A DNA stretch of 64,000 nucleotides from Candidatus Woesearchaeota archaeon (lineage in GTDB: Archaea > Nanobdellota > Nanobdellia > Pacearchaeales > GW2011-AR1): contig CAZRMJ010000002.1 in the NCBI GenBank assembly GCA_964601175.1, positions 5,842-69,841 of the forward strand, read 5' to 3'. The position numbers were made by a program, and so were the translations under genes. Of this stretch, positions 56,923 through 64,000 are shown piece by piece (position 1 is the first letter of the stretch; each line of letters opens with the position of its first letter). A model generated the notes under the pieces. That model was not told the DNA's origin. It did no database searches and saw nothing but the letters and a program-made list of their open reading frames with translations.

Positions 56923-57096
56923 ATGGTGACCAAGTGTGTTTATTGCAAAGCAGAAATAACTGATGGCAGAGCTGTAGACGTATGTACTCATTGCGGTATT
57001 GGAATCTGGGGCGAAAAAATGTTTCAGACAATAATCAACAATATGGGTGCTGCTAGAGACAAAGGCGACCTTTATCAAGGAAGCGTTACTTCTTAA
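56923..57096 (+). CDS. Small C4 zinc-ribbon protein (57 aa), not in supplied ORF track
   Basis: MVTKCVYCKAEITDGRAVDVCTHCGIGIWGEKMFQTIINNMGAARDKGDLYQGSVTS* ; CxxC...CxxC; immediately upstream of L21e. Confidence 0.4.
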   Translation: MVTKCVYCKAEITDGRAVDVCTHCGIGIWGEKMFQTIINNMGAARDKGDLYQGSVTS

Positions 57097-57146
57097 GAAC
57101 GTTCTTCTTGCGGAAGCTTTTTAAAGCCCTCGAATCAGGTAATTCT

Positions 57147-57419
57147 ATGTTAACCAATAAAAATATTAGGAATAGGGGAAAGTTATCCTTCACAAAGTAT
57201 TTTCAACAATTTAGTGAAGGAGATAGTGTAGCTGTTGTTAGAGATTTAACTATACAAGGCACAGGATTCCCATCTAGACTTCAAGGAAGAACTGGAGTGG
57301 TTATTGGAAAGAGAGGAGAATCATTTATAGTTTCAATTAAAGATTTTACTAAACCTAAAACTTATATTATAAAACCTGTACATTTGAAGAAGATAGAAGG
57401 AGTTAAAAATGATAATTAA
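57147..57419 (+). CDS. rpl21e: 50S ribosomal protein L21e (eL21)
   Basis: MLTNKNIRNRGKLSFTKYFQQFSEGDSVAVVRDLTIQ...RLQGRTGVVIGKRGESFIV. The ORF opens at 57108; the internal ATG at 57147 better fits the L21e N-terminus. Confidence 0.85.
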   Translation: MLTNKNIRNRGKLSFTKYFQQFSEGDSVAVVRDLTIQGTGFPSRLQGRTGVVIGKRGESFIVSIKDFTKPKTYIIKPVHLKKIEGVKNDN

Positions 57420-57708
57420 AATGAATCCAGTTCATCTGGCAGATGTTGAGGAACTTGCTGGAGATCTTGAAAATAAACCTGAGCTTAAAGCATACTTAAA
57501 GGAATTTTCAAAGTTAGATAAGAAAAAATCTGATGCATTATTAGAAGGATTAAGATCATTGAATAACCATAAAATAAAAGAAGAATCCATGGTTAAAATA
57601 ATAGACCTTTTACCTAAGGATTCAGAATCATTAGTTAAAATATTCAATGATGTATCCTTAGATGAAAAAGAGTTAGAGGCTATTCTAAACTTAGTGAAGG
57701 AGTATTAA
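57409..57708 (+). CDS. rpoF: DNA-directed RNA polymerase subunit F (Rpo4/RpoF)
   Basis: ...IIDLLPKDSESLVKIFNDVSLDEKELEAILNLVKEY matches the RpoF C-terminal HRDC-like region, and the archaeal L21e-RpoF-DUF655 order is conserved. Start may be ATG 57421. Confidence 0.7.
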   Translation: MIIKMNPVHLADVEELAGDLENKPELKAYLKEFSKLDKKKSDALLEGLRSLNNHKIKEESMVKIIDLLPKDSESLVKIFNDVSLDEKELEAILNLVKEY

Positions 57709-57710
57709 TC

Positions 57711-58250
57711 ATGATTAAGAAAGATGATTATGCTTTAGTATTAGATTATCTTGCAAATGGATATCCATTGTCTGGAAATATGAGGCCAGTTGTTCAAGCA
57801 ATAGGAACTGAACATTTAGCATTACTTGAACTTGCACCCGTTAGAGGGGCTCAAATAGCACTAGATGAAAAAGTTTATATAGGCCCGGATAAGAGAGACA
57901 AGATATACTACATTATCGGCAGATTACGTGTCGATAAGTTAACAGGAACTGCGAAGATCCAATTACAGAAGTTCGTTGAAACTTATGTTGGGGAGCGTGA
58001 AGAAGAGTTTGTTAAATTCTTTAATTCTGCTCAAGCCATAAACACAAGGCTCCATCAACTTGAACTTCTACCTGGATTTGGTCGCAAACATACACAAGAG
58101 TTGCTTAACGTTAGGAATGAGAAACCTTTTGCTTCGTTTGAAGAAATCAAACAGAGAGTTAAAAGTGCTCCCGATCCTAGAAGGGCAATAGAAAAAAGGA
58201 TAATGGAAGAGTTAACCGAAAACCCTAGACAAAGGTTATTTGTTAAATAA
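57711..58250 (+). CDS. DUF655-family protein (conserved archaeal partner of rpl21e-rpoF; putative nucleic-acid binding)
   Basis: 179 aa; conserved gene neighbourhood; LLPGFGRKHTQELLNVRNEKPFASFEEI helix-hairpin-helix-like. Confidence 0.6.
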   Translation: MIKKDDYALVLDYLANGYPLSGNMRPVVQAIGTEHLALLELAPVRGAQIALDEKVYIGPDKRDKIYYIIGRLRVDKLTGTAKIQLQKFVETYVGEREEEFVKFFNSAQAINTRLHQLELLPGFGRKHTQELLNVRNEKPFASFEEIKQRVKSAPDPRRAIEKRIMEELTENPRQRLFVK

Positions 58251-58252
58251 AA

Positions 58253-58771
58253 ATGGCAGAAGAAAAAACAAACGAACAATCTGGAAAGAAAGAAGTTAGG
58301 CAGGACTATAAGCTTAAGCAGCAAAGAGAAGAGGAATTATTAGAATCATTGGTTAGAATTCATGGTAAAGATATTCCCGGAGGAAAAAAAGTTTATCCTG
58401 GATTGACTTATATTAAAGGGATATCTTGGTCAGTCTCTAATGCTATTTGTAGGCTTCTTGAGATAGATAAGAATTCTAAAATATCTGATCTTTCAAAAAC
58501 TCAAATAGAAAAGATAGAATCTTTTATTCAAAACCCTAAGATATACGAATATATGATGAATAGACAAAAAGATTACGAATCAGGTAATTCTAAACACATA
58601 TTTACAAACGAATTGGACATGACAAAAGATTTTGATATAAAACGCATGAAACAAATAAAGAGCTACAAAGGTATGCGTCATTCTCTTAAACAACCAGTGA
58701 GAGGACAAAGAACTAGAAGCCATTTCAGAACAACAGGAGTAACTGTAGGAGTAAAGAAGAAAGCTAAGTAA
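58253..58771 (+). CDS. rps13: 30S ribosomal protein S13 (uS13)
   Basis: ...VRIHGKDIPGGKKVYPGLTYIKGISWSVSNAICRLL...YKGMRHSLKQPVRGQRTRSHFR. Confidence 0.9.
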   Translation: MAEEKTNEQSGKKEVRQDYKLKQQREEELLESLVRIHGKDIPGGKKVYPGLTYIKGISWSVSNAICRLLEIDKNSKISDLSKTQIEKIESFIQNPKIYEYMMNRQKDYESGNSKHIFTNELDMTKDFDIKRMKQIKSYKGMRHSLKQPVRGQRTRSHFRTTGVTVGVKKKAK

Positions 58772-58772
58772 A

Positions 58773-59252
58773 ATGATTCGCAAAAAAAATAAATTTTCGT
58801 GGCCAAGAAAGCTTTATGATAAGTCTAGAATAAGCGATGAGAATAAACTTGTCGAAGAATATGGACTTAAGAACAAAAGGGAAATTTGGAAAGCTGAAGC
58901 AAAAATAAAATACTTTAGAAATAGAGCTAAATTTTTGATTACTGAACCACAAGAAGAAAAGGAGAAGTTTTTCACTAAGCTTAGAAATATGGGATTAGAT
59001 GTAAAGACTATTGCAGATGTTCTTGCACTTAATAAAGAAGACCTGTTGAAAAGAAGATTGTCTACAGTTGTTTGGAAAAAAGGACTTTCAAATACAGCTA
59101 AACATGCTAGACAGTTAATTGTTCACAAAAAAGTTTACGTCGAAGAAAGATTAGTTAATATTCCAAGTTATATTGTTCCTACTTCTGTTGAATCAACAAT
59201 AAGTTTGAGACAAAAAATAGCTAAAGCTAAACCTGCAGAGGTAACTGAATGA
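58773..59252 (+). CDS. rps4: 30S ribosomal protein S4 (uS4)
   Basis: 159 aa; ...EEYGLKNKREIWKAEAKIKYFRNRAKFL...; S4 RNA-binding domain. Confidence 0.9.
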   Translation: MIRKKNKFSWPRKLYDKSRISDENKLVEEYGLKNKREIWKAEAKIKYFRNRAKFLITEPQEEKEKFFTKLRNMGLDVKTIADVLALNKEDLLKRRLSTVVWKKGLSNTAKHARQLIVHKKVYVEERLVNIPSYIVPTSVESTISLRQKIAKAKPAEVTE

Positions 59253-59746
59253 AGAAAGAATCTAAAGTTGAAGCTGAAAATAAAGAAGAAAAAATAGAAT
59301 CTACTGAGACTTCTGATCAAGAAGTTTCTTCTGAAGAAAATCGCGCCTCTAAGGAAAAAGAAGAGAAGGCAGAATTAACTCCTGGAATTGCTTATGTCTT
59401 TGGTTCATATAACAACACAATAGTCCATATAACTGATTTATCTGGTGCAACAATAACTAGAATAAGTGGTGGAATGGTTACAAAGCACAGCAGACTTAAG
59501 GCAAACCCTACTACTGCTATGTTCGTTGCTAAGAGAGCTTCTGAATTTGCAAGAGATGCTGGAATAAATGCATTATACGTTAGAACAAGAGGAAAGACAA
59601 ACTCTCCAGGAATTGGTCCTGGCGCTCATGCTGCCGTAAAAACCTTAGGCAAAGAAGGATTCAAAATATTAGGAGTTTTGGATACTCACAGAGTGCCTAG
59701 AGGTGGACCTAAGAAGAAGGGAGGTAAGAGAGGAAGGAGAGTTTAA
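59249..59746 (+). CDS. rps11: 30S ribosomal protein S11 (uS11) with ~45-aa acidic N-terminal extension
   Basis: Core IAYVFGSYNNTIVHITDLSGATITRISGGMVTKHSRLKANPTTAMFVAKRA...; N-terminal MKKESKVEAENKEEKIESTETSDQEVSSEENRASKEKEEK. Confidence 0.9.
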   Translation: MKKESKVEAENKEEKIESTETSDQEVSSEENRASKEKEEKAELTPGIAYVFGSYNNTIVHITDLSGATITRISGGMVTKHSRLKANPTTAMFVAKRASEFARDAGINALYVRTRGKTNSPGIGPGAHAAVKTLGKEGFKILGVLDTHRVPRGGPKKKGGKRGRRV

Positions 59747-59782
59747 AGGATAATTTTAAAAGCCTTTTCTCTAAATACAATC

Positions 59783-60481
59783 ATGGAAATAATTTCTAAA
59801 ACACCTGAGGGGATAGTTATCAGAACTGATAGCAATTATTCTTTGCTTAATGCAGTTAGGAGAAGCGTTGAAGAAATACCAGTCCTTGCCGTGGATGAAG
59901 TAGAAATCTTCAAGAATGACTCTGCATTATATGATGAAGTTCTTGCACACAGAATAGGACTTATGCCTCTAAAAAATGAAGGAAAAGTTTCAAGCAAATC
60001 TTCTGCTACTTTATCTTTGAAAAAAGTAGGTCCTTGCACAGTTTATTCTGGAGACTTCAAAGGAGATATAGAAGTAGTTTATGATTCTATCCCGATAACA
60101 ATATTGGAGAAAGATCAAGAAATAGAACTTTCTGCAACAGTTAATGTGGGCAATGGATTGATGCATGCGAAATATGTTCCGGGACTTATTTATTATAGAA
60201 ACTTATTCGAAGTTAAGTCTGGAAATGTAAAGATAGATTCAATAGTACAAGATTCAAAAGGTCCCTTGAAGCCTGAAAAGAAAGGAACCAAATGGACTTG
60301 TGATTTGACAGATTATCAAGCTGAAGAAATCAAAAGACTTGACAAAGATTCTATTTCAGACTCTTCTGAATTTTTGCTATTTGTTGAATCTTTTGGAATC
60401 TTAGATTCTGATAAGATATTAGCTAAATCAATAGGATCTTTGCAAGACAATTTAGAGTCTTTTGAAAAATCTCTGAAATAA
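59783..60481 (+). CDS. rpoD: DNA-directed RNA polymerase subunit D (Rpo3/RpoD)
   Basis: 232 aa; ...NAVRRSVEEIPVLAVDEVEIFKNDSALYDEVLAHRIGLMPLK is the RpoD/Rpb3 dimerisation domain. Conserved position between S11 and L18e. Confidence 0.85.
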   Translation: MEIISKTPEGIVIRTDSNYSLLNAVRRSVEEIPVLAVDEVEIFKNDSALYDEVLAHRIGLMPLKNEGKVSSKSSATLSLKKVGPCTVYSGDFKGDIEVVYDSIPITILEKDQEIELSATVNVGNGLMHAKYVPGLIYYRNLFEVKSGNVKIDSIVQDSKGPLKPEKKGTKWTCDLTDYQAEEIKRLDKDSISDSSEFLLFVESFGILDSDKILAKSIGSLQDNLESFEKSLK

Positions 60482-60482
60482 A

Positions 60483-60851
60483 ATGATAAGTAACACTGCA
60501 CTGGCTAAAAGAATAAATAAAAAAATGGACACTTATGTAGTGGATACATTATTTGCTGCAAAGAGATCTAAGGCTTGGAATAAGATTGCACAGATAATTT
60601 CTGGAGGAAGAAGAAAATATCCTTCAATAAATTTAAGCAGAATTGATAAAGAATCTTCTGGAAGCGAAATACTTGTAATTCCTGGAAAAGTTTTGGGTTC
60701 TGGAGACCTATCTAAGAAAGTTAAGATTTGCGCACTTTATTTTTCTGAATCTGCAATGGCAAAAATCAAAGAAAAAAAAGCTGAAGCAATAAAAATAATT
60801 GATGAAATTAAGAAAAATCCTAATGCGGAGGGGATTAAAATATTAATATGA
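60483..60851 (+). CDS. rpl18e: 50S ribosomal protein L18e (eL18)
   Basis: 122 aa; ...GGRRKYPSINLSRIDKESSGSEILVIPGKVLGSGDL. Confidence 0.85.
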   Translation: MISNTALAKRINKKMDTYVVDTLFAAKRSKAWNKIAQIISGGRRKYPSINLSRIDKESSGSEILVIPGKVLGSGDLSKKVKICALYFSESAMAKIKEKKAEAIKIIDEIKKNPNAEGIKILI

Positions 60852-61252
60852 TCTCGATAGTAGTTGATGGTACAAATTCAGTTCTTGGACGTCTTTCAAG
60901 TTATGTTGCTAAACAGGCACTTCTTGGAAAGAATGTTTCAGTCGTAAATTGTGAAAAGATAGTTATTTCTGGAAACAGACGTTTGGCTCTTGAAGGTTAC
61001 AAAGAAATTCGTGCTAAGGGAGGTTCTTCTTTGAAAGGTCCTCTTTTCCCTACAAAACCTGCAGCAATCGTTAAAAGAACCATAAGGGGAATGTTATCTC
61101 ATAAACAAGGAAGAGGTGCAGAAGCCCTTAAGAAAATAAGATGTTATGAAGGATTGCCTGCTGAATTTTTGGAAGCTAAACTTCAAAATGTTTCTCCATC
61201 TAAAGGAGTAGTTACAATTTCTCTAAAAGAAATTAGCGAGGAGTTAAGATGA
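60848..61252 (+). CDS. rpl13: 50S ribosomal protein L13 (uL13)
   Basis: 134 aa; MISIVVDGTNSVLGRLSSYVAKQALLGKNVSVVNCEKIVISGN... Confidence 0.9.
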   Translation: MISIVVDGTNSVLGRLSSYVAKQALLGKNVSVVNCEKIVISGNRRLALEGYKEIRAKGGSSLKGPLFPTKPAAIVKRTIRGMLSHKQGRGAEALKKIRCYEGLPAEFLEAKLQNVSPSKGVVTISLKEISEELR

Positions 61253-61656
61253 GCGATTTATTATTTAGAACATCTGGTAAAAGAAAAACTTCTGTTGCTA
61301 AAATAAAAGTTTTGAATGGAAGTGGAAAAATATTGTACAATAATTTTCTTATTGATAATTTAAAGATGTTCCACAATCTATCATTACTTGAACCTGTGAG
61401 AATATATGAAAGCCTTTTCGAAAAATTTCCTTATAATCTTGAGATCAAAACAAATGGTGGCGGAAAAGAGTCCCAGATTCAAGCTGCTAGACTTGCAATT
61501 GCTAAGGCACTTGTCAATTTGACTAAAAAATCTGAACTTAAAGAAGCTTATTTGAAATATGATAGGCATATGCTTGTTGCAGATGTTAGACGTAAAGAAC
61601 AACGCAAACCTGGAGACTCTAAAGCTCGTGCGAAAAGACAAAAATCTTATCGTTAA
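61249..61656 (+). CDS. rps9: 30S ribosomal protein S9 (uS9)
   Basis: 135 aa; TSGKRKTSVAKIKV...C-terminal KPGDSKARAKRQKSYR. Confidence 0.9.
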   Translation: MSDLLFRTSGKRKTSVAKIKVLNGSGKILYNNFLIDNLKMFHNLSLLEPVRIYESLFEKFPYNLEIKTNGGGKESQIQAARLAIAKALVNLTKKSELKEAYLKYDRHMLVADVRRKEQRKPGDSKARAKRQKSYR

Positions 61657-61699
61657 ACAAAATGATTCTACTTGAAGATATTATTTCACTAATAAACTT

Positions 61700-61716
61700 G
61701 ATCAACCACTATTTTG
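61700..61716 (+). terminator. GC-rich patch followed by T6 tract after rps9
   Basis: gggccgtgtattttttc ~45 nt after the S9 stop; an inverted repeat aacaaaat...attttgtt lies just upstream (61657-61719). Confidence 0.3.
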
Positions 61717-61813
61717 TTAGGGCCGTGTATTTTTTCTCTAATCTGAGATCTTAAAATTTAGAAATATATCTTTTACAAAACCTTTTAAACAAAGGCATTT
61801 CTTTAATATTAAG

Positions 61814-62641
61814 ATGGTGATTGAAGCTTTAAACAAATTAAATACTGAGCTGAAAATCAGAGGATTTTCTCAGTTGACAGTTAGAAATTATTCATTTTTT
61901 GTTAACAAATTTATTCTAAAGGCAAATAAGCCTGTCGAACAATTAACTCAGGATGATGCTAGAAACTATCTTGCTGAAATGTTTGAAGATAAATCCAAAA
62001 ATACTATAATGCTTGCAGCTGCAGCTCTAAAGTTTTTTTATGCAGAAATATTAAAAAAAGATTTTGGTGAAATAAAAATGCCCAAGAAAGATAAAAGACT
62101 TCCAGAAGTTTTAACAAGAGATGAAGTTTCAAAATTAATTAATTCTGCTGAAACTAGAAAATCAAGATTAATACTTTCACTACTATATTCTTCTGGATTG
62201 AGAGTTTCTGAACTTGTTAATTTGAAACCTCAAGATATAAACTTTGCAGAAAACATTGGATGGGTTAGAGGCGGAAAGGGGTCAAAAGATAGAATGTTTA
62301 CATTATCTTCAAATTTGGCCGGAGAAATAAAAGAATATTTGAAAAGAAAAGAAAACTCCAGATACTTATTTTCTGAAGAAGATCCTTTGACCACAAGAAA
62401 TATACAGAAAATAGTAAAACAGTTGAGAACTAAAGCAGATATACAGAAAAAAATAACCCCTCATACATTAAGGCACAGTTTTGCAACTCATTTACTTGAG
62501 AATGGAACTGATATTAGAATGATTCAGGCATTATTGGGACACAGCTCTTTGAACACAACTCAGATTTATACGCACATATCTTCCGACCAAATAAAGAAGA
62601 TACAAAATCCATTAGACGTTCTTGGGAATAAAACTCAATAA
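61814..62641 (+). CDS. xerA: Tyrosine recombinase XerA (XerC/D-type)
   Basis: 275 aa; N-terminal SAM-like domain and a catalytic domain with conserved R...HxxR...Y (LRHSFATHLLENGTDIRMIQALLGHSSLNTTQIYTH). Confidence 0.85.
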   Translation: MVIEALNKLNTELKIRGFSQLTVRNYSFFVNKFILKANKPVEQLTQDDARNYLAEMFEDKSKNTIMLAAAALKFFYAEILKKDFGEIKMPKKDKRLPEVLTRDEVSKLINSAETRKSRLILSLLYSSGLRVSELVNLKPQDINFAENIGWVRGGKGSKDRMFTLSSNLAGEIKEYLKRKENSRYLFSEEDPLTTRNIQKIVKQLRTKADIQKKITPHTLRHSFATHLLENGTDIRMIQALLGHSSLNTTQIYTHISSDQIKKIQNPLDVLGNKTQ

Positions 62642-62671
62642 ATTTATAACGAGAATTACCCTACGCTTTTT

Positions 62672-63562
62672 ATGAAAACTACCCTTATAATTACTAGTTT
62701 TAAAGAACCTAAAACTATTGGAAATGCTATAAGCGCTGCATTAAATCAAGATACCAAAGTTAACTATGAAATTATCGTATCTGCTCCAGATGAAGAAACA
62801 TTAAATGTTGCTAGAAAATATTCTTCAAAAAATAAAAAATTAAAAATTTTCAAAGATCCAGGAAAGGGAAAAAGTTTTGCTTTAAACTTATTGTTCAAAA
62901 AAATAAAATCAGATATATTAATATTAACTGATGGAGATGTTTTCTTGAATAAGATAGCAATAAAAGAGATTGTAAATCTTTTTGAAGATCCTAAGATCGG
63001 GTGCGTTACAGGAAGACCTATACCCTTTGAAGATAGGAAAACTAAGTATGGCTATTGGGCTAATTTTTTATTTGATAGTGCTCATAAAATAAGAAAAGAG
63101 TCTTATTCCAAAGGGAAATTTATAGAGTGTTCCGGATATCTTTTTGCATTTAGAAAAAAAGAGATAGATCAGATACCTTTAGACGTTGCTGAAGATTCTG
63201 TTATCCCCTATTACTTTACTCAAAAAGGGTATTCTATAGGTTATGCTGAAAAAGCTGAAGTTTATGTTAGGAATGTTGACAATTGGTCCGATTGGGTAAA
63301 ACAAAAGATTAGAACAAGCAAAGCACATGAAACTCTTTCAAAATATGTAGATACAAATAAGGTAAAAAGAGTAAAATCTTTTTCTAACGAATCTAAAGGT
63401 ATTTTCTCTCTTATTTCATATCCTAGAAATCTTAAGGAATTTTGGTGGTCAATTGAATTAGCTTTTGCTAGACTTTATATGTGGATGATGGTTTTTTGGG
63501 ATACTAAAGCCAAGTCAAAACATTATGGAGATAACTGGGAAAGAGTTGAAAGCACTAAATAA
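62672..63562 (+). CDS. GT2 glycosyltransferase
   Basis: 296 aa; LIITSFKEPKTIGNAISAALNQ...LILTDGD is the GT-A DxD. Confidence 0.7.
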   Translation: MKTTLIITSFKEPKTIGNAISAALNQDTKVNYEIIVSAPDEETLNVARKYSSKNKKLKIFKDPGKGKSFALNLLFKKIKSDILILTDGDVFLNKIAIKEIVNLFEDPKIGCVTGRPIPFEDRKTKYGYWANFLFDSAHKIRKESYSKGKFIECSGYLFAFRKKEIDQIPLDVAEDSVIPYYFTQKGYSIGYAEKAEVYVRNVDNWSDWVKQKIRTSKAHETLSKYVDTNKVKRVKSFSNESKGIFSLISYPRNLKEFWWSIELAFARLYMWMMVFWDTKAKSKHYGDNWERVESTK

Positions 63563-63608
63563 TATTTAGCACATAAATTAATATAAATTCTAAAGTCCTG
63601 GTTTTTTT

Positions 63609-64000
63609 ATGGATACAGGATATAAAATTGGAGAAATTATGGTCAGAGATGTTAAGACTACATTTCAAGGAGATATCATAACTCTTGCTGCTAAAAAGAT
63701 GGCTGAGGAAAAAATAGGCTGCTTAGTTATAACAGACGATAAGGAAAAGGTAATAGGAATATTAACCGAACAAGATATAGCAAGGAAAGTTGTTGCTGAA
63801 GGGAGAGAAGGGGCTGCCACTCTTGTAAAAGAGATTATGTCTAAAGAAATTGTACATATTGAGCCCCATCAAGATCTTCATAAGGCAGTAGAATTAATGG
63901 AGCAAAACAGCATAAAACATTTACCAGTCATACTTAATGGCAAACTTCAAGGGATAATTACATTCAAGGATATTATTGCAATAGAGCCTGCGTTGATTGA
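63609..64000 (+). CDS. CBS-domain pair protein (3' truncated by window)
   Basis: MDTGYKIGEIMVRDVKTTFQGDIITLAAKKMAEEKIGCLVITDD... and a second CBS repeat; continues past the window end. Confidence 0.75.
   Translation, partial: MDTGYKIGEIMVRDVKTTFQGDIITLAAKKMAEEKIGCLVITDDKEKVIGILTEQDIARKVVAEGREGAATLVKEIMSKEIVHIEPHQDLHKAVELMEQNSIKHLPVILNGKLQGIITFKDIIAIEPALI

Noticed and set aside
58055-60501. Minus-strand ORFs overlapping DUF655, S13, S4, RpoD (58055-58324, 58580-58783, 58764-58952, 59836-60039, 60316-60501)
   Set aside because: They are antisense to conserved r-protein/RNAP genes, with no independent support.
61657-61719. Inverted repeat aacaaaat...attttgtt after rps9 as a possible dif/att site
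   Set aside because: It is only an 8-bp stem with a ~48-nt loop followed by a T-tract, more simply explained as a terminator-like element. It is kept only as a low-confidence terminator feature.

Overview
This is a ~64 kb, AT-rich (roughly 30% GC by eye) archaeal chromosome segment with very compact, frequently overlapping genes. It reads as Archaea because it carries archaea/eukaryote-type ribosomal proteins (S4e, L32e, L19e, L18e, L21e), SUI1, AglB/STT3 (WWDYG motif), RpoN/RpoF/RpoD, RNase P Rpr2 and XerA. The layout is: (1) the large r-protein superoperon L4(partial)-L23-L2-S19-L22-S3-L29-SUI1-S17-L14-L24-S4e-L5-S14-S8-L6-L32e-L19e-L18-S5-L30-[Zn-ribbon ORF]-L15, then a divergent VIT-family gene, SecY and a DUF106/Oxa1-like insertase; (2) prefoldin alpha, an eIF2B-like protein and a SpoIIM-like protein; (3) a ~33 kb surface-glycan / N-glycosylation island (14.3-47.0 kb). 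This island is headed by AglB and contains flippases, about ten glycosyltransferases (GT2, GT4, GT-C, split Alg14/Alg13, CgeB-like), Gmd, a ColD-type 3-dehydratase, two C-methyltransferases, cupins, RmlD-like reductases, SAM methyltransferases and an AsnB-like amidotransferase; (4) SecF-SecD, three tRNAs (Gly-UCC, Arg-CCU, Leu-CAA), an orphan 5S rRNA, Rpr2 and RpoN; (5) a MacB/FtsX-type ABC transporter flanked by two secreted C-terminally anchored proteins; (6) a second r-protein/RNAP cluster L21e-RpoF-DUF655-S13-S4-S11-RpoD-L18e-L13-S9, followed by a XerA recombinase, a GT2 and a partial CBS-domain gene. The reduced complement (no adk/cmk/L34e/L14e after secY, no Rpp29) and the low-complexity extensions on several r-proteins suggest a small-genome lineage, possibly DPANN-like; that is inference, not demonstrated. 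I found no CRISPR arrays and no obvious defence systems. The most novel-looking content is the deoxy/C-methyl sugar pathway inside the glycan island, the interrupted cupin gene, a compositionally foreign gene, and the ABC-plus-surface-protein module.
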